Shown one piece after another: positions 23,771-37,513 of a stretch of 64,000 bases of DNA (its first letter is position 1; each line of letters opens with the position of its first letter). The translations under genes and the position numbers were made by a program. The stretch lies in NCBI GenBank assembly GCA_964016885.1, contig OZ024742.1, positions 210,738,001 to 210,802,000 of the forward strand, written 5' to 3'. Under the pieces are notes generated by a model. It had not been told where the DNA came from, did no database searches, and saw only the letters and a program-made list of their open reading frames with translations. The DNA comes from Eledone cirrhosa. Taxonomy: Eukaryota.

Positions 23771-24159
23771 TATATATAATAGAAATATGTAAAATCTGAC
23801 CACGTCGCCAAGTGGTTTCGGCTTGTGTTCACCAAGCCTCATTAAGGTGTATATAATATGTGTGTACGTGCGTATATGTATGTGTGCGTGTTCGTGTGTG
23901 TGTGTATCTCACATGTAAAATATAGTGAGCTGAAAAACTTCATTTAATTGAGTTATCCTTGGACTTTGATGTCATATATATAGGGCCTGGAAATTTTGCA
24001 GGTGTGGGAACTAAACTATTTTCTGGGGTTATGGAAAGGGAAGAGGACTTACTCCCAAAATTAGACTTTTTTAGTGGGTGGGAGGAAGTGTTAACTATTC
24101 ATTACCCAGCCCCAAACTTGACTTCCCGCTCTCTAGATCAATGTATGTGGTGTAAGTGT

Positions 24160-24460
24160 GTAGCTTCGTGGTTAGGATATTCAGTTTACCATAGTAAAAT
24201 GGACAGTTCGATTCCCTGCGTCACGTTGTGTCTTTACGAAAGATATTTTATGCTTCAGTTCACTCAGCTGGCAAAAATGAGTTGTAGTTGCCACATACCG
24301 TTCTTGTCACATACTGTCATGCTGAATTTCCCTGCGAAATACGGTAATGGTTCACGTACCTATGGAATGCTCAGCTACTTGCACTTTCATTTCACGAGAA
24401 GGCTGTTCCGTTGATCGAATCAACTGGAATACTCGTTGTCAGAACTGACAGAAGTCCAGC
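24160..24460 (+). mobile_element. Diverged tRNA-derived SINE (family 2-like)
   Basis: tagcttcgtggttagg, gttcgattcc and cagttcactcagctggcaaaaatgagt. Confidence 0.65.
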
Positions 24461-24880
24461 ACTTGCATGTATGTATGTTTGAATGTGAGTTCGACTAATA
24501 TCAAGTTATTGTTGTTGTTTAGTCCCGAATTTGCCCTCGTTAAGCAAACCTATGATCAAAAGCGTTCCAGACTCAACCATCTTACTCTTCCTTTTGGGGG
24601 TATCAACGAACACATTATGCAATGCGTCTTCCAGTTCTCAAGTTGTTAGAGTGTAATGTGAAAACGATTTGACTCATATTTCTAGTAGGGCGGGCGACCA
24701 CATGGAGACCCTGTTGATAGCACGCACTCGCAAATGTTCTATAGAGCTTATACAAGCTTTGCATTTCTACAATGTAACAGAAATTGCTTGCCTCAATACT
24801 ATTGAACATCGATGCTAGTACTGGGTGAAACGAGTCATCCAATAGCAGTCAACCAGCGACAGCAGTGGCTGTATAGATAC

Positions 24881-24925
<45 letters not shown>

Positions 24926-25333
24926 ACTATGTGCACGCGTCTATTTACCAATGATGTACATTACGTACATATATGTATACGCAAACACGCACACACATGT
25001 ATAAATATATATGCTTTCTCTTCTTCTTTTTCACCCTCCCCGCCGATTAATACCTTGCTGCTATAGTAGCTAGCGATGGCGATGACTGGGTTATCATCAC
25101 ACAAGTGGCACTTCAATACAGGTGATATCTACTCTGATGCCAAATGTATTTCGTACTTTCATTGCAAACCTTTTGTTTATAATTCTATAAGATCGCCTGG
25201 TCGCTCCGCTTTTATACTTCAACTATGCTAGATATGCTCAAGTGCCGTCAAGTGAATGCAACAATTCCAATACTGAGTAAGTATTACACATATGTATTTA
25301 TTGTCGTGCAGGTTCCACACATATACACACACA

Positions 25334-25418
<85 letters not shown>

Positions 25419-26435
25419 ATTGGTGTGTGTATATATTGTTGGTGTGTATGTATTGTAGCGTGAAATGTTTTGTTGTTTCTCCATTAGTAAGAATGGGAAA
25501 ATATCATTCATCGTAGTCAAATTTTGATGAACATGCCATCTAACATAACTGTGATGTTTATATCTGCATTTATATGTACCGTCTGTATCAACTATTACAC
25601 ATGCACTGCATATATCTATGTCTCACATCTAAATGTGTAATCATTTATTCTTATATCTAACATTTCATATATATATATACATACATATTCTTATTATGAT
25701 CTTGTTTAGCAAATAATTTTATCTGATATCGTGTTAGACTAAGACAATTTTATCATGGTAGAGTCGTTGTCACCATTCAAAACTACCCATAACACTAGCT
25801 ATATTTCACTTTTACTATAGATTTTGTAATAATAATACATAATACGTTTCGAATTATTTCAACCTACATCTATGACCTGGTCTACTCGATTACATCTATC
25901 TATATATTTACTATATTATTCGTATAAATATATATATTACATCTACATATTTAATTATTTCTCATATACTCTAATTTGTTAATTTATACTATTTATTACT
26001 ATTATCATTGGCATCTCGTATTGTTATCGAGGTAAAAATCAGTTTAGTCTTTTTCTTTTTTTTTCCGCTTGTAATCATCTTGCTTAGCAAACCCGATAGG
26101 TTGTTGTTTGCTGCTGCTGTTGTATCTAATACAAGACTGATAGAAAATAAACATGCTGCAACCACTTCAGTGCTAGTGCGATGTTTCCTGATACCTGCTT
26201 TAAAGAAACAGAGATGTGTTACTATTTGTTGTATACTTTTTAAATTAGCATTTACTCTAAAATAATACTGTAAAGATGGCAGATCTCTGCTTCAACTATT
26301 TTGTGTGTGTGTGTGTTATTTTTTCACTATTTCTCGCACTTTCTTTCGTTCTTTATCCATGAAGGTCTCTCTCTTTCTCTCCCTCTCTATTTGCGACATG
26401 TGATTCATTTCCTTTCCTGCGTTTCCATATATATA

Positions 26436-26466
<31 letters not shown>

Positions 26467-27278
26467 CATTTACTTTTATTGGTTCAATCATTAGACCGTA
26501 TCATGTTGGGGCAGCGATTTTAGGGATTTACTCGAGCATATCTTATTGACAATCTGTTACTTATTTTATCGATCTCTAAGTTATGGGACATATAAGGAAC
26601 ACAACAACAACAACTCCCATTTCTTGACAGGTGTAAACAAATGGACAGACAAATATGGACACACAGGTACACACTCACACATACATATACACACATATTG
26701 GCTAGGATTAACACCAGTAGTCACTTGCCACTATCAAATAAAGGACCCCTGAAAAAAAGAATCGCCGAGAATAATATATTTATAAAACAGAATATCTCAA
26801 TCTTATCTAGTCTGACATGATCTTAACATTGAAACATTTTGCTGTTTGTGTTTCGCTCTATATGAGCTCATCAAAACATATGAGGTAATCGGTTCAATTA
26901 ATAAAAAATATAGCAGAAAACGGGAAGGCTGTCTGACCACGGATTTTGTAACAATACAAGCTAAAGAAATGAAAAAGTGAGGAGAGTGTCAATGGTAGAA
27001 TTGTATTTTGGTATATAAGGATTGGACCTCAAATGCAAGACGTAAACAATTATCTTGTGAAAATAGACAAATACACACACATTCATACATGTACATGTAC
27101 ACATATGTGTATTCTATGTAAAATAAATGTTTCTTCTCTACAAATATATTGAGTACACTATTTAACTGTGTTTTTTTTTCTGCTCCTCTTCAGGAAACCA
27201 ACCTGAATTATATATATATATCACTTCTCCAAAATGGCTTCTCTAAAAACATTTTTCCCTCTTCTATCTTTCATTCTA

Positions 27279-27314
27279 TCTTCTGATGAAGGACTAACGT
27301 CTGAAACATTAAGA
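27279..27314 (+). ncRNA. Minimal type I hammerhead ribozyme motif (Penelope-type), one helix III change
   Basis: tctt CTGATGA a ggac taac gtct GAAA ca tt aaga. Confidence 0.6.
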
Positions 27315-27641
27315 CTACCGCATCAAGCATTAACGTAATATATATATATATAATCATCGTTCTGCGTTGTTCTCCCGTGTTCTTTTTATTTGGTTGACTT
27401 TTCGCATTCCTTTTGCTATTCATTGTTGTTATATATTATGGCTGCATACACCTGGTCTATATGTTATCCATGGTGTTTCCCTTGTATAACTTAATGTGTT
27501 CACTCTGATGGAGGAATTAATTCATTTCTCACATCATTCAGTGTTTAGGGACTATTTCAAATAATTTGACTGGTGTTGCCTTATTACAGCTTTAGCTTTG
27601 ATGTGATACTTGAAATTATATATATATATATATATATATAT

Positions 27642-28570
27642 CATCATCATCATTTTACGTCCGCTTTTCCCTGCTTTCAAGGGTGGGACGGCCCCTCTTC
27701 AGCACAGCATCTCTCCATTCGTCACGGTCCCTCATCATCTCTGTGAACTTCAGCGATGTGGGGTCAGCTCTCACCAACTCCGCCCATGTTTTTCTTGGTC
27801 TTCCTCTACTGCGATTTCTTGGCACTTCTTCGCCCAGCGGTTATCTTCCATGCGCATCACATGATCATACCAAGGCAGTCTTCTCTCCCGCACACTACAG
27901 TTTATCCTTCTTATACACAGTTTTCACTCTCAACTCATCCATGCTTGATCGTTCACGCACATTGACATTGCACATCTATCGGAGCATGCTTGCTTTATTT
28001 CTCTCCAGCCGTTGCATATCCTCCACAGTTGCTGCCCATGTCTTACTATTGGCAAACCTCCTACTAGCCTCTTTTTTTGCTCCAGCTACAAGTCTCTTCA
28101 GTTGCTTGCAGTAGGTTGTCACGTAAGAACTTCCAGTTATCTTCTATGTCATACAATTCTAATTCGTCTTCTTTCTCGTCATACACATCTTGAAGGGCTT
28201 TCCTAAATTTATATTTAAGTGAAAGGTCTTTTCCATACCTTCCATACCTTCCTGTGTGTCTCTTGCTTATTGAGATGTCACTAACAACTAACCTATCTTG
28301 GTGGGTACATTCTTCTCCAGGGTATGCCTTAGTATTTGAAACCATCTGCCTGTCTTGTTACCTAACTAGCAAGAAGTCAATTTGGCTTATGTGCTTGCCT
28401 GATTGGTAAGTTTCCTGAAGTTAGTGTTGCAAATAGTTTGTTCACTTGCATCACAAAATTGAAGAAGCCTCACTCCTTCTTCGTTTCTTGAACCATAACC
28501 ATGACCACCACATACCCCAGTGTACCCATCCTGGAGCTGTGCAACATGACCATTGAAGTCATCTGCTAGT
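27642..28570 (-). mobile_element. Internally deleted RTE family A-like copy
   Basis: 3' end with (CAT)n at 27642, fused to APE/linker sequence (DFNGHVAQLQDG, YPGEECT). Confidence 0.88.
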
Positions 28571-28894
28571 ATGCATGTGTGGCCATATATAAATGTCGTC
28601 ATTTGGCAAATCAGAGGAGATTGTATATATATACATATATAGTTGCATGTGTGTGAACTTACTTTCTCAGTATAGGGAGTGCATACACAGGTGTGAATAT
28701 GTGTATATGTTGGCTTATGGAGTGTTTTTTGTACATAGGTGTTTATGCATGTAAGCATACCTTGTTCATGTGTTCACATGTGTGTGAATGCATGATAGTG
28801 TGTGTGTGTGTATCAGCATGTCAGCATGTGTTCACACACAACCATATATTTGTTTGGTCATTTAACTAGTCAAGGGAAATTACTTGCTACTCAT

Positions 28895-29076
28895 AATTGT
28901 TTCTACTTTAGGCACAAGGCCAGCAATCACCCAGTGCATTACTGGTACTTTATTTTATCGACCCCGTAAGGATGAAAGGCAAAGTCAACCTCGGCGGGAT
29001 TTGAACTCAGATCATAAAGGGACGTAACTATGCTGGAAAGCATGGCGTCCAACCCTCTACCGATACTCCCAATCCA
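28895..29076 (-). mobile_element. SINE family 1
   Basis: Full copy. TSD acttgctactcataat. Confidence 0.92.
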
Positions 29077-29471
29077 CTTGCTACTCATAATGATCTGGTC
29101 TTTTCATTCTTTCTATTTGGAGTCGTAATTTTCTCAATGCAGCAATCAACTTCCAGCTTCAACATAAGGCTATAGAGTGATGTATACAGCTGTAAAATGC
29201 ACTGTCCATGCATTGCAAATGTTACAGTACAGAAAAATGCATGAAACAATTTGTATTGTAAACATTGTCTGGGAAATGTGTTCCCATTAAAAAACATTTA
29301 ACTCTACAATCACAATGAGTGGGTCACTTAGCATGCTATATATATATATAATATTAGGATGCATATAAAAGCATAAATGATATGTTTATATGTAATAAAC
29401 ATAGTATATTTTTGCTATGAATTCTTTTAAGCTGTGATCATGTCACAGCTATTTCAGCATCCAATGAGAAG

Positions 29472-29512
29472 GCCAGCCAGCTGTTTCTGGATTATTATCC
29501 ATCGTCAGTGGC
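29472..29512 (-). ncRNA. Type I hammerhead ribozyme motif, U16.1>G
   Basis: Minus strand: gcca CTGACGA tggat aata atcca GAAA cagctg gc tggc. Confidence 0.75.
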
Positions 29513-30034
29513 ATTTACTCACTTGGTATTGAGATGACAATAGGCTAAGGCCTAAATGGTTTTTGCACATGAATCATCGACTGAGGATGATTATTTGCAT
29601 GTTGTGTTAACTTGACTAGGTAAGGTTAATTAGAAGTGGCACTAAGATAGCGTGGTTCATAATAAGGGTTATATGAAAGCATATACAATATGTTTATGTA
29701 TAATAAACATACAAGTGTCTCACTATGAATTTTTTTTAGCTGTAATCATATACACTCCTATTATGAACCTCTCTAGTGACTGGCAGATAGAATCATCATC
29801 ATCTTCTTCTTCTTCTTCTCCCCCCCCCCTCCTCCTCCCCCTCCTGCTTTCAGAGTCCTCCAGCACACCTTCCAGTGGGTCCTGTCAAAGGCAGCCATCT
29901 TCAACTACAGATAACATCAGCAATGGAATTACCAATGGAAACAGTTTCCTTGGTCTGATCAAATGACTCGCTCCTTTCCTTTTTGAAAGGTGAACTAAGA
30001 ACACACTTTGTCAGTGTGCATACACACACATCAT

Positions 30035-30170
30035 TGTTCAATGTTCATTTTCCATGCTAGCATGGGTTAGATGAGTCGTCCCATTTGAGGCAAGTAAGGT
30101 CAGGTGACCATGTTTTGCTCATATAGAACTGTTTCTGCAGCTGGATGCCCTTCCTAACACCAACCACATA
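30035..30170 (-). mobile_element. RTE family B tail fragment
   Basis: ttttccatgctagcatggg and ctggatgcccttcctaacaccaacc. Confidence 0.75.
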
Positions 30171-30363
30171 TAGTATATCCAACTTTCATAATAAATATCC
30201 AAAGTTGGTAGAGCACTCCATATACAGAAACACAAAACATTCACATCAATTGCATTCAGGTTTTATATGTGTGTGAGCATTTATATACCTCACATATGTG
30301 CACATTGCTGGCCTGAATTAATACTAAACCTATCCATTAAGTGCCTGTGCATCAAAAAGTATA

Positions 30364-30563
30364 TGGTTTCTAATTTAGGCAAAAGGCCAGCAAGTTGATG
30401 AAATCGACCCCTGTATGTTACTGGTACTGTATTTTATTGACCCCATAAAGATGAAAGGCAAAGCTAACCTTGGAAGGATTTTGAACTCAAAACGTAAAAG
30501 GCCGTAACTCTATGCCACAAAGCCAGTCGTCCGATGCTCTACTGGTACTGCCAATCCAACACC
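30364..30563 (-). mobile_element. SINE family 1, diverged
   Basis: Same core and boxes as the other copies. Confidence 0.85.
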
Positions 30564-30586
30564 CTCATCAAACAGAAATTGTTATA

Positions 30587-31508
30587 TGTTAATGTAGCCG
30601 GAGGCATTCAGACTTACCTTGCGTCTCTCTGGTCCACGTGGGGGTACTTTCCGCTCGCGTCTGTCTTCACACATCTGTCACCTCGCAGGGCGTGTAGCTA
30701 AGGGGCCTCTGTTGACCGCCTGGTCCCTCGAGTCGCCCCCACCCCCCCGTCCTCCTGCTTCCGGTCAGGCATCCCCCAACTTCCAGCAATCCCCCTCCCA
30801 CAGCAGCTCTACCCCCCCTCATTCTCACGGCAGCCCCCCCCCCCATCTCAAGGATCAATCCCCCCATCACACTGCTCCATCTCAAAATCCGCCATCCACC
30901 TAGGTTGACGGCGGCTCTGTTGCGATCTCCGCACTGTTGGGGCAGCACTTTCGTTTTCCTCTTCCTCGGAGTCCGTCACCACGTCTCTACGGATGTCCAA
31001 GACGTGACGTGGCATTCCGTCCACAGACACGTTGTTTTGGGAATTTATGGCGGTTACCATTCCCTTTCCCCATTGAGATGTGCAACGCGCGTTCGGGGGC
31101 TTGACCCATACCTCTTCACCCACTCGTACGAATGCGCTCTCTCTCTCTCTCTCCACTGGCTGCTGTGGTACCGTGTACGGGTGTCGCCATTTATATCTGT
31201 ATATTGCCCTGTGTGGCACTGACTCCTCGGCCTGTCCCACCCGCGGAGACATGTTGTACCAGGACACTGCCTCCGTTGGCGAAATGTGCCCCCTTTCCGC
31301 CATGGCCTTGATCATGTGATGCACCTGTCTTCACTAGTCCATCACCTCGCAGGGCGTGTAGCTAAGAGGCCTCTGTTGACCGCCTGGTCCCTCGAGTCGC
31401 CCCCTGTCATCCTGCTTCCGGTCAGGCGTCCCCCAACTTCCGGCAATCGCCCTCCCACGGCAGCTCTACACCCCCCCCCCCCCCCCTCTATCTCACGGCA
31501 GCCTCACA
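30587..31508 (-). mobile_element. Deleted Gypsy-type LTR retrotransposon (two LTRs + integrase C-terminus)
   Basis: Direct repeats ~30660-30838 and ~31325-31503. TG..CA termini. Internal IKAMAER..WYN..P..VGEEVWVK..SQW..RH. Confidence 0.8.
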
Positions 31509-31513
31509 GTTAA

Positions 31514-31721
31514 CTCATTAGCATTTACATTAATCTATATATACTATTATAATTTTGTGGTAAAAACTTAATCTCACATAATATCTAATCTATGACATTT
31601 TTATATTATTTATGTTGAGAAGAATACCTTAACATCAGTATCAGCAGCTGGTTATGGCTGGTTTGAACAGAAAGAGTTGAGAGAATTCTGGCTGGATATG
31701 GCCAGTTTAAATGCTAAAGGG
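31514..31721. mobile_element. piggyBac-like MITE
   Basis: TTAA on both sides. TIRs ctcattagcattta / taaatgctaaaggg. Confidence 0.65.
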
Positions 31722-32002
31722 TTAAAGAATAGATTGTTGTCAAAGAAATCTTATTTGTTCATTAATAACATCAATAAACTACAATTAAATTATACTAATT
31801 CTTCACATGGTTAAGTTACAGTCCATGATACATATAATTATGTAGGCATATTATACTAGTGAGATGTCAGTAGTGAAATTGTCTCTCCTGCATATCATTG
31901 TTAGCTGAGATGTATTGAAATTTGTAATTAGAGCATATATATTCAACCTCGTCTTACTTTTGGCTGTTAATTACTGATTCACATACGGAAATTATATATT
32001 TG

Positions 32003-32075
<73 letters not shown>

Positions 32076-32257
32076 GAATGTCTGTATTTATGTATGCACA
32101 CACACACACATACACTCATTCACATATACATACATAATACATACAAGTATAATACATACATCATACACACATACATACCTTAGTAACATGCATACACACA
32201 CACATACATCATACATACATGCACACATACATATATACATACATACACCTCGCTATG

Positions 32258-33760
32258 TGCTGTAATCTGGTGGGCTCTTAGAAAACTAGGAGTAGATGAA
32301 TGGCTTGTAAAAGCGGTACAAGCCATGTATAGGGGAGCAATCAGCAAAGTTAGGATTAGCAATGAGTATAGCGAGGAATTTAGCGTACAGGTTGGGGTCC
32401 ACCAGGGCTCTGTTCTTAGCCCCCTCCTGTTCATCATAGTCCTGCAGGCAATAATGGAGGAGTTTAAGACCGGATGCTCATGGGAACTCCTGTATGCTGA
32501 TGACCTCGCATTCATAGCTGAATCTATGGTAGAACTAGAGAATAAATTCCAAACCTGGAAGCAGGGACTAGAAAGAAAGGGTCTCAAAGTCAACATGACA
32601 AAGACTAAGGTCCTTGTAAGTAGACGAGAAAACAGAACCCAGATCCCCTCAGGGAAATGGCCTTGCTCAGTATGTAGGAAAGGTGTAGGTAGGAACTCCA
32701 TTCTCTGCCCCAAATGCAAACAATGGGTACACAAGAGATGTAGCGGGATCTCAGGAAGCTTAATTAAGAATGTAGGCTTCACATGCAGCAGCTGTGCTGA
32801 GACAGCAAGCAGCAAACAGCCACAGGAAACAAGTACCACCAATCTCTGGGAGGGCTCTGTAGAAACAGTAGACAGCTTCTGCTACCTAGGTGACCGAATT
32901 AGCAGCGGAGGTGGGTGTTCAGAAAGTACAATAACTAGGGTAAGAACGGGATGGAAGAAGTTTAGGGAACTACTACCACTGCTAGCTGCAAAAGGCTTCT
33001 CCCTCAGAATGAAAGGCAGACTCTATGATGCGTGTATCCGAACAGCAATGTTGCATGGTAGTGAGACCTGGGCGCTGAAGGTGGAAGACTTACGTAGATT
33101 AGAGAGAAACGAAGCCTGCATGCTCCGATGGATGTGTAACAGTAATATACGTGAACGACAAAGCATAAATGAATTGAGAGAGAGACTGAGCATAAGAGGA
33201 ATCAAATGCTGTGTGCAGGAGAGGCGGTTGCGCTGGTATGGACATGTGATGCGTATGAAGGATGACAACTGCATAAAAAGGTGCAGAGCACTAAAAGTTG
33301 ATGGAAACCGCGGAGTGGGGAGACCCAAGATGACCTGGGATGAGGTGATAAAAGCCGACCTTACCCAATTACACCTCTCAAAGGCAATGACACATGACCG
33401 TGACTTCTGGCGTCACGCAGTAATACAGAGTACCCGACCTCCCATGGGTACAAGCTGAAGCATATAGACAATATGCCCCCCCCCCCACCGCAAGGTGGTC
33501 GTGGAGGTGCCACGGCAAAAAAGCACCCAGCCCACACTGTAAAGTGGACGTGTAGGCGCCACGAAAAAGCACCCAGCACTCACTGTAAATGAGGTTGGTG
33601 TTAGGAAGGGCATCCAGCTGTAGAAATCAAGCCAAATCAGTTCCTGTATGAGCAAGGCATGGTCAGCCGACCAGACACTGCCCACAACAGGACAACCCGT
33701 CTAACCCATGCTAGCGTGGAAGAATGGACGTAAAACGGTGATGATGATGATGATGATGAT
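32258..33760 (+). mobile_element. 5'-truncated RTE family B copy (open RT C-terminal half with PHD) with ~280-nt 3'UTR
   Basis: ORF 32325-33458 with HQGSVLSP, YADD, CSVC..CPKC..HKRC..CSSC and YLG. (GAT)n tail. Confidence 0.93.
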
Positions 33761-33946
33761 GACACACATACATACATACATACATGCACACACAGATACA
33801 TACACACATACATACACACATACGTACATGCACACACAGATACATACATCAAACACACATGCATACATATAGCTCTTGTTAGCAGAGTAATCAGACATTA
33901 AATGATGATGATGATGATGATATATGTGTATATATATATATATATA

Positions 33947-34883
33947 TTAGAGAATAAATTCCGGCTATGGAAACAGCAGTTGGAAGCAAGAGGACTGAGA
34001 GTAAATCTAGCTAAGACAAAAGTGTTGATGAGTAGAAAAGAGGACAAAACCCTGATTCCGTCAGGGAAATGGCCATGTTCGATATGCAGAAAAGGAACTG
34101 GCATAAATTCTATAAAATGCACACAATGTAGGTCCTGGGTACACAAGAGATGTAGCGGGATAGCAGGCAAACTAACAGGTAGGGAGAAATATGTATGCAG
34201 TAGATGTACAGGGAAATTAGACAGTAGAAGTCGCACTGATAGACACATTTTTCAAATGCGAGAGGGCGCTATAGAAGTGGTTGATAGCTTCCGGTACCTA
34301 GGAGATCAGATTAGCATGGGAGGAGGGTGTTCCGAGGCCATAGTATCTAGAATAAGGACGGGTTGGAAGAAGTTTAGGGAGCTGCTTCCTCTGTTGACGA
34401 AGAAGGGTTTCTCCCTGCGTACGAAAGGCCGGTTGTATGATGCCTGTGTGAGGAGCGCGATGCTGCATGGTAGTGAGACATGGGCAGCAACTGCAGAAGA
34501 TATGCGACGGCTGGAGAGAAATGAGGCAAGCATGCTCCGTTGGATGTGCAGTGTAAATGTGCGTGAACGACCCAGCATAAATGTGTTGAGAGAGAAACTG
34601 TGTCTGAGAGGGATAGAATGTAGTGTACGGGAGAGGAGACTGAGGTGGTATGGACATGTGATGCGCATGGAGGATGACCGATGGGTGAAGAAGTGCCAGG
34701 AAATGCCAGTTGAAGGAAGACGTGGTAGAGGTAGACCACGAAAAACATGGGCGGAGGTGGTGAGAACAGACCTCAGATCATTGAAGCTCACGGTGGAGAT
34801 GACGAGGGACCGTGACGAGTGGAGAGATGCTGTGCTGAATAAGACTCGTCCCACCCTTGCAAGCAGGGAAAAGCGGACGTAAA

Positions 34884-34914
<31 letters not shown>
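33947..34914 (+). mobile_element. 5'-truncated young RTE family A copy
   Basis: Nearly identical to 2559-3532, with an open frame to the stop at 34882. Confidence 0.95.
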
Positions 34915-34915
<1 letters not shown>

Positions 34916-34917
34916 AT

Positions 34918-35390
34918 AAGGGCAAATTAGAGAACATAGAGATAAAAATAGAATCTACATACAGAAAAGATGCAATGCTAAGACAAATCACAGAGGCAAC
35001 AAACATAAATGAACTCCAACCAAAATTAAATAGAAAACATGAATGGAATAGCAACATCACAACTTATAATTAAGGACAAAATGAAAACACACACACATAG
35101 AACAAACAACCAACTAGTAACATGTAAATAAACAAATAAATAAACAAATAAAAACACACACAGACACCCGGATGTAACACATGCGCAAACTAAGCACACA
35201 GCACACACAAAAACAAGATGGCGTAGGACAGAACAAAGGAGAGGCACAAAACAAAGAAAAGAATCCCCAGTCACTGAAGAGGTCACAGAATGTGTAACAA
35301 AAGAAATTTGACAATTTATGAACAACTATCCGGTTGTGGAACCAACCAACCAACCGGAAATTTATAAAATTTATAATAAAGTGAAAGCAA
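34918..35390 (+). mobile_element. Penelope-like element 3' remnant (GIY-YIG C-terminus + pLTR with decayed hammerhead)
   Basis: 34921-35073 reads ..DAMLRQITEATNINELQPKLNRKHEWNS..*. gtca CTGAAGA..tgac at 35270-35312. Confidence 0.65.
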
Positions 35391-35589
35391 CTGGTGCATG
35401 TGTTTCATATTGGCAACATGGCCCTCCCAAAGCATAACAATATATATATATATACATATATATATATCATCATCATCCGTTCTTCCACGCTAGCATGGGT
35501 CAGACGGGTTGTCCTGTTGTGGGCAGTGTCCAGTCGGTTGTCCTGCTCATACTGGAACTGATTCTGGCTTGATTTCTTCAGCTGGATAC

Positions 35590-35684
35590 CTATATATATA
35601 TACACGTATATATACGTATATATATATGTATATATATATATTTATATATATATATGTATATATGTATATATATTTATATATATA

Positions 35685-35755
<71 letters not shown>

Positions 35756-35814
35756 GTATATATATATAAATATATATATATACATATATATATATAAATA
35801 TATATATATATATT

Positions 35815-35845
<31 letters not shown>

Positions 35846-35918
35846 GTATATATATATATTTATATATATATATTTATATATATATATATGTATATATATA
35901 TATTTATATATATATACG

Positions 35919-35949
<31 letters not shown>

Positions 35950-35964
35950 TTATATATATATACG

Positions 35965-35996
<32 letters not shown>

Positions 35997-36198
35997 CGTA
36001 TATATATATAAATATATATATATATATTTATTTATATATGTATATATATATATATATTTATTTATATATGTATATATATATATATTTATATATGTATATA
36101 TATATATATATTTATTTATATATGTATATATATATATATTTATTTATATATATATATATATATGTTTATTTATATATATATATATATATATATTTATT

Positions 36199-36229
<31 letters not shown>

Positions 36230-36628
36230 ATATATATATGTCCAAAACAAATGAAATCGTGTAGGTGTCACGACAAAAAACACACAGTCCACGCTGTAAT
36301 GTGGCCGTGTAGGCAACACGGTAAAAACCTCCCAGCCCCACACTGTAAATGTGGTTGGTGTTAGGAAGGGCATCCAGCTGTAGAAAACACGCCAGACAGT
36401 CCTATGCGAGCAATGACAACCACTCTTGCCTCAAGTGGGAAAACTCCTGTCCAAACCCATGCAAGCGTGGAACATGGACGTTAAACGATGATGATGATGA
36501 TGATATATATATATATTTATATATATATATGTATATATATATATTTATATATATATATGTATTTATATATATTTATATATATATACGTATATATATATAT
36601 ATGTATATATATATATTTATATATATAA

Positions 36629-36659
<31 letters not shown>

Positions 36660-36664
36660 CGTAT

Positions 36665-36706
<42 letters not shown>

Positions 36707-36762
36707 CGTATATATATATGTATATTTATACATATATATATACGTATATATATATGTATATA
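35590..36762. repeat. Long imperfect (TA)n microsatellite containing an RTE family B tail (36240-36502, +)
   Basis: Direct inspection. Further RTE tails abut both ends (35468-35590 and 36762-36840, minus). Confidence 0.95.
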
Positions 36763-37513
36763 TCATCATCATCATTTTACGTCCGCTCTTCCCTGCTTGC
36801 AAGGGTGGGATGGGTGTTATTCAGCACAATATCTCTCCACTAACAATATCAGTTTCAACACACGTTTGTTTTCAGATAAAGAATCTTGCTAAACAAATTC
36901 AGAAACGAAATATATATATATTTATATATACTGACAAGGACATATGCTTGCTTGTGTGTTTGTATGATTATTCATGCTGTTAAGTTTGGTACACTGTCTT
37001 ATTGTATATATAACTTGTACCAGCATACACCACTCAACTAATAATGATGCTTATAATGCTATAAAGAATGTGTATGTGTATATATTTATATCTATGTATA
37101 TATGTGTGTAAAATATAGATAGATATGCATTTATATATATGTACATATGTGTGTGTATATGTATATATGTGTGTGTATATGCACACGTGTGTGTGCATAT
37201 GTGTACATGTACATGCTAGCCTAGAAGAATGCTTGTTAAATGATGATACTCATGTAGCGTGATGAGATTGCTTTTCAAATTTACTAAATAGAGCAAATCA
37301 ACAATGTGTGTTGTAGCTACTTTTTCTTTCATTCTCTTTAATTGACTCATTGATTAGGCCGTTTATTCATTTATTTTTCTGATTTCTTTTAAGTTTCACA
37401 TATTTTAGCATATTTTTTTTCTTTACCCACCTGATATCACAACCATCAATATTCATATTAGAGTTAAATGTCTAACTCTCTAATGCTCATAACATAATCC
37501 CTTCTCTGTGTTT

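Noticed and set aside
35509-36843. Ile/Tyr-rich ORFs
   Set aside because: Translations of (TA)n microsatellite.
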